Source: Dehalococcoidia bacterium
Lineage (GTDB): Bacteria; Chloroflexota; Dehalococcoidia; Lucifugimonadales; UBA2985
Assembly (NCBI GenBank): GCA_963555975.3
Contig: OY821663.2
Span: 1,785,278 to 1,849,277, forward strand
Length of the DNA: 64,000 nt
Direction: 5' to 3'
The translations under genes and the position numbers were made by a program. Of the stretch, positions 61,843-64,000 are shown in pieces. Position 1 is the first letter of the stretch, and every line of letters starts with the position of its first letter. The notes beneath the pieces were generated by a model that made no database searches, had not been told where the DNA came from, and saw only the letters and a program-made list of their open reading frames with translations.

Positions 61843-63405
61843 ATGAAGGCCCTGCTCAGCGTATTCGACAAGCTCGGTGTTGTGAAATTTGCGCGAGACC
61901 TGCACAAGGCAGGCGCTGAACTCATCAGCACGGGCGGCACCCATCAGACGCTCGCGGACGCAGGCTTGCCCGTCCAGCAGGTCTCCGAATTCACCGGCTC
62001 GCCGGAGATCCTGGGAGGCCGCGTCAAGACGCTCCATCCCGCCATCCACGGCGGCATCCTGGCCCGGCGCGACAACCCCGGCCACGTTTCGGAGCTGGCC
62101 GACCTCAGCATGGAGACCATAGACGTGGTGGCCGTCAACCTGTACCCGTTCGCCGCCACCATCAAACGGCCCGGCGTCACGCTGGACGATGCGCTCGAGA
62201 ACATCGACATCGGCGGCCCCACGATGATACGGGCGGCGGCCAAGAACTTCCCGTTCGTGGCCGTGGTGGTCGATCCCTTCGACTACACTTGGGTCGCGGA
62301 GAAGCTGGCCGGCGACGGCCTGACGACCGAGGAGCGGCTGCGACTCGCGCACAAGGCGTTCCAGCACGTCGCCTACTACGACACGCTCATATCGTCGTAC
62401 CTGCGCAGCGAGGATCCGAATGGCGCGTTCCCGCAGGAGCTCACGCTGGCATACCGCAAGGTGCAGCCGCTGCGCTACGGCGAGAACCCCCACCAGCGGG
62501 GCGCGCTCTACAAGGAGCCGATTGTGAGCATCGCCAGCCTGGCCACAGGCGCGCAGGCGTTGGGCCAGGAGCCTTCGCTGTGCAACGTGTACGACATGTC
62601 GGCGGCGCTGGAGAGCGTGCGCGACTTCCAAGACAGGCCCGCGGCGGTGGTCATAAAGCACGCCACGCCCAGCGGCTTCGCGTTCGGCGCAACGACGGCC
62701 GAGGCGCTGGAGAAGGCCATCCACGCGGACGCAACCTCGGCGTTCGGCGGCATCATCGGCCTGAACCGGCCCGTGGACGTGGAGACGGCGCAGGTGGTGG
62801 CGCGCTTCCGCGAGCTTGAGTCGTCCAACATAGACGCCATCGTCGCTCCCGGCGCGGAGGAGGAGGCCGTAGCCATCCTGCGCAGGACTCGCAGGCGCAT
62901 GGTGCTCTACACGGTGGACGCGCTGGGGCCTCTGCCGGCAGGCAGCGTGAACGTGAAGCAGGTGCCGGGCGGGCTGCTGTACCAGCAGGCCAACACCGCG
63001 CCCATAGACCGGGAGGCGTGGCGAACGGTCACGCGCGTCCAGCCCACGCCGGAGCAGCTGCGCGGCATGGAGGACGCCTGGCTGCTGATGCGGCACATAC
63101 GCTCCAACACCATCATGGTCTGGGACGAGACCGCGGGGGTGACGCTGGGCATAGGGAGCGGCCAGGTGAGCCGCGTCGGGTCGGCGCGCCTGGCGCTGGA
63201 GCAGGCGGGCGAGCGCGCACGCGGCGCGATACTGGCGTCTGATTCGTTCTTCCCGTTCCAGGACTGCGTGGAGCTGGCCGCGAACTGCGGCATAGCGGCT
63301 ATAGTGCAGCAGGGCGGCTCGATAAACGATCAGGCGTCGATAGACGCCGCGGACGCGGCGGGCCTGGCGATGGTTCTCACCGGAGAGCGCGCCTTCTGGC
63401 ACTAG
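61843..63405 (+). CDS. purH: bifunctional AICAR transformylase/IMP cyclohydrolase
   Basis: 520 aa. N-terminal MGS-like domain (ALLSVFDKLGVVKFA, GGRVKTLHPAIHGGIL) and a C-terminal AICARFT domain. Confidence 0.95.
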   Translation: MKALLSVFDKLGVVKFARDLHKAGAELISTGGTHQTLADAGLPVQQVSEFTGSPEILGGRVKTLHPAIHGGILARRDNPGHVSELADLSMETIDVVAVNLYPFAATIKRPGVTLDDALENIDIGGPTMIRAAAKNFPFVAVVVDPFDYTWVAEKLAGDGLTTEERLRLAHKAFQHVAYYDTLISSYLRSEDPNGAFPQELTLAYRKVQPLRYGENPHQRGALYKEPIVSIASLATGAQALGQEPSLCNVYDMSAALESVRDFQDRPAAVVIKHATPSGFAFGATTAEALEKAIHADATSAFGGIIGLNRPVDVETAQVVARFRELESSNIDAIVAPGAEEEAVAILRRTRRRMVLYTVDALGPLPAGSVNVKQVPGGLLYQQANTAPIDREAWRTVTRVQPTPEQLRGMEDAWLLMRHIRSNTIMVWDETAGVTLGIGSGQVSRVGSARLALEQAGERARGAILASDSFFPFQDCVELAANCGIAAIVQQGGSINDQASIDAADAAGLAMVLTGERAFWH

Positions 63406-63417
63406 GGCGTGTTCACA

Positions 63418-64000
63418 CAGTCCGTTCAGCACGAACGGAGCGAATGGCGCGCCACCGTCTTTCCTGCGAAAGCAGACCTTTGCGCAACTCGCCTGGCGGC
63501 CACCAAAACCTCTTCCCCCTTGAGGGGGAAGATTGAGATGGGGGTGAACCGTGCGTAGGCGGTCGGCCCGAACGCCCCCATCCTAACCTTCCCCCGCAGA
63601 CGGGGGAAGGGACATGTGGTTACGCAAAGGTCTCCGAAAGCAGGAATCCAGCGCCCTGAGGGGCGTGGTGGGCCGTTGCCTTGCACCCCCTTTGACAAGC
63701 TCTGGGTGAACGGCCAGTGCGTTTCCCAGGCAATCAATCGCTCCACCACACATAGACAGAGACCGCCTCGGAGGACGGTCTCGACCCCACCGGCGAAGCG
63801 ATAGGGGTGATGCAAGCAAAGCGCCACGAAGCGGCTGCGGGTATCAACTGCCCGTGGCTGCTGCCCAGGGCCTTTCGATTATCTGTCTAAGCTGGCAAGA
63901 CCGTCATGCCGGCGAAGGCCAGAGTCCAGAAGATGCTGGCGTTAAGGAACGCTGGCGGCAACAAGACGTTCCTGGATTCCAGATCACACTCGGTATGACG
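63418..64000. repeat. REP-like hairpin repeat cluster downstream of purH
   Basis: CCGTTCAGCACGAACGG (about 63422), CTGCGAAAGCAG (about 63466), TTCCCCCTTGAGGGGGAA (about 63513), CCCCCGCAGACGGGGG (about 63589), GAAAGCAGGAATCCAG (about 63636), and GTCATGCCGGCGAAGGCCAGAGTCCAG and CCTGGATTCCAG near the end. Confidence 0.75.

Overview
High-GC (by eye) bacterial chromosomal window; the intergenic hairpin-repeat families suggest a Chloroflexota-like genome, which is a weak inference that cannot be verified here. Core genes: yggS (partial), a pstSCAB-phoU operon with a tightly appended MIP channel gene, phoPR-like two-component genes, tRNA-Pro, LysR regulator with isocitrate lyase, leuS, glnA-gltB-gltD, DUF35 with thiolase, leuB, mazG, lexA, an aldo/keto reductase, proS, an EndoIII-like glycosylase, tRNA-Lys and purF-purM-purH. 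This backbone is interrupted by several visibly AT-richer accessory islets. (1) 13.4-15.3 kb: a DUF104-like gene with a retropepsin-like protease, plus an orphan PD-(D/E)XK-like gene. (2) 27.0-29.3 kb: a GmrSD-like DUF262/DUF1524 enzyme and a DUF4258-like ORF wedged between two convergent core genes. (3) 36.6-37.9 kb: an IS256-family element just upstream of the lexA promoter. (4) 38.6-41.4 kb: three PaREP1-like paralogues, a beta-sandwich partner, an EVE/UPF0310 gene and a duplicated promoter-bearing segment. (5) 42.6-46.2 kb: an R-M-like cassette with an XRE controller, a PD-(D/E)XK-like/HEAT-repeat fusion and a Zn-ribbon, motif-permuted methyltransferase. This is the best candidate for something undescribed. 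(6) 49.3-58.8 kb: a tRNA-Lys-adjacent defence island in decay, holding a CBASS remnant with an intact Cap15-like effector but a 5'-truncated cyclase, and a type I R-M locus with an HTH-fused HsdM. That locus carries cargo genes (GNAT, a small acidic Cys-rich ORF, an AlbA_2 fragment, MNT and a frameshifted HEPN) and an hsdR cut short by an ISAs1-family element. Other notable points are two phased sets of four 11-bp GTTA(A/G) repeats upstream of pstS (candidate Pho boxes), tandem lipoprotein-like paralogues with a homogenised C-terminal domain, and abundant REP-like hairpin repeats that create many spurious ORFs. All functional calls rest on motif recognition by eye; no searches were run.
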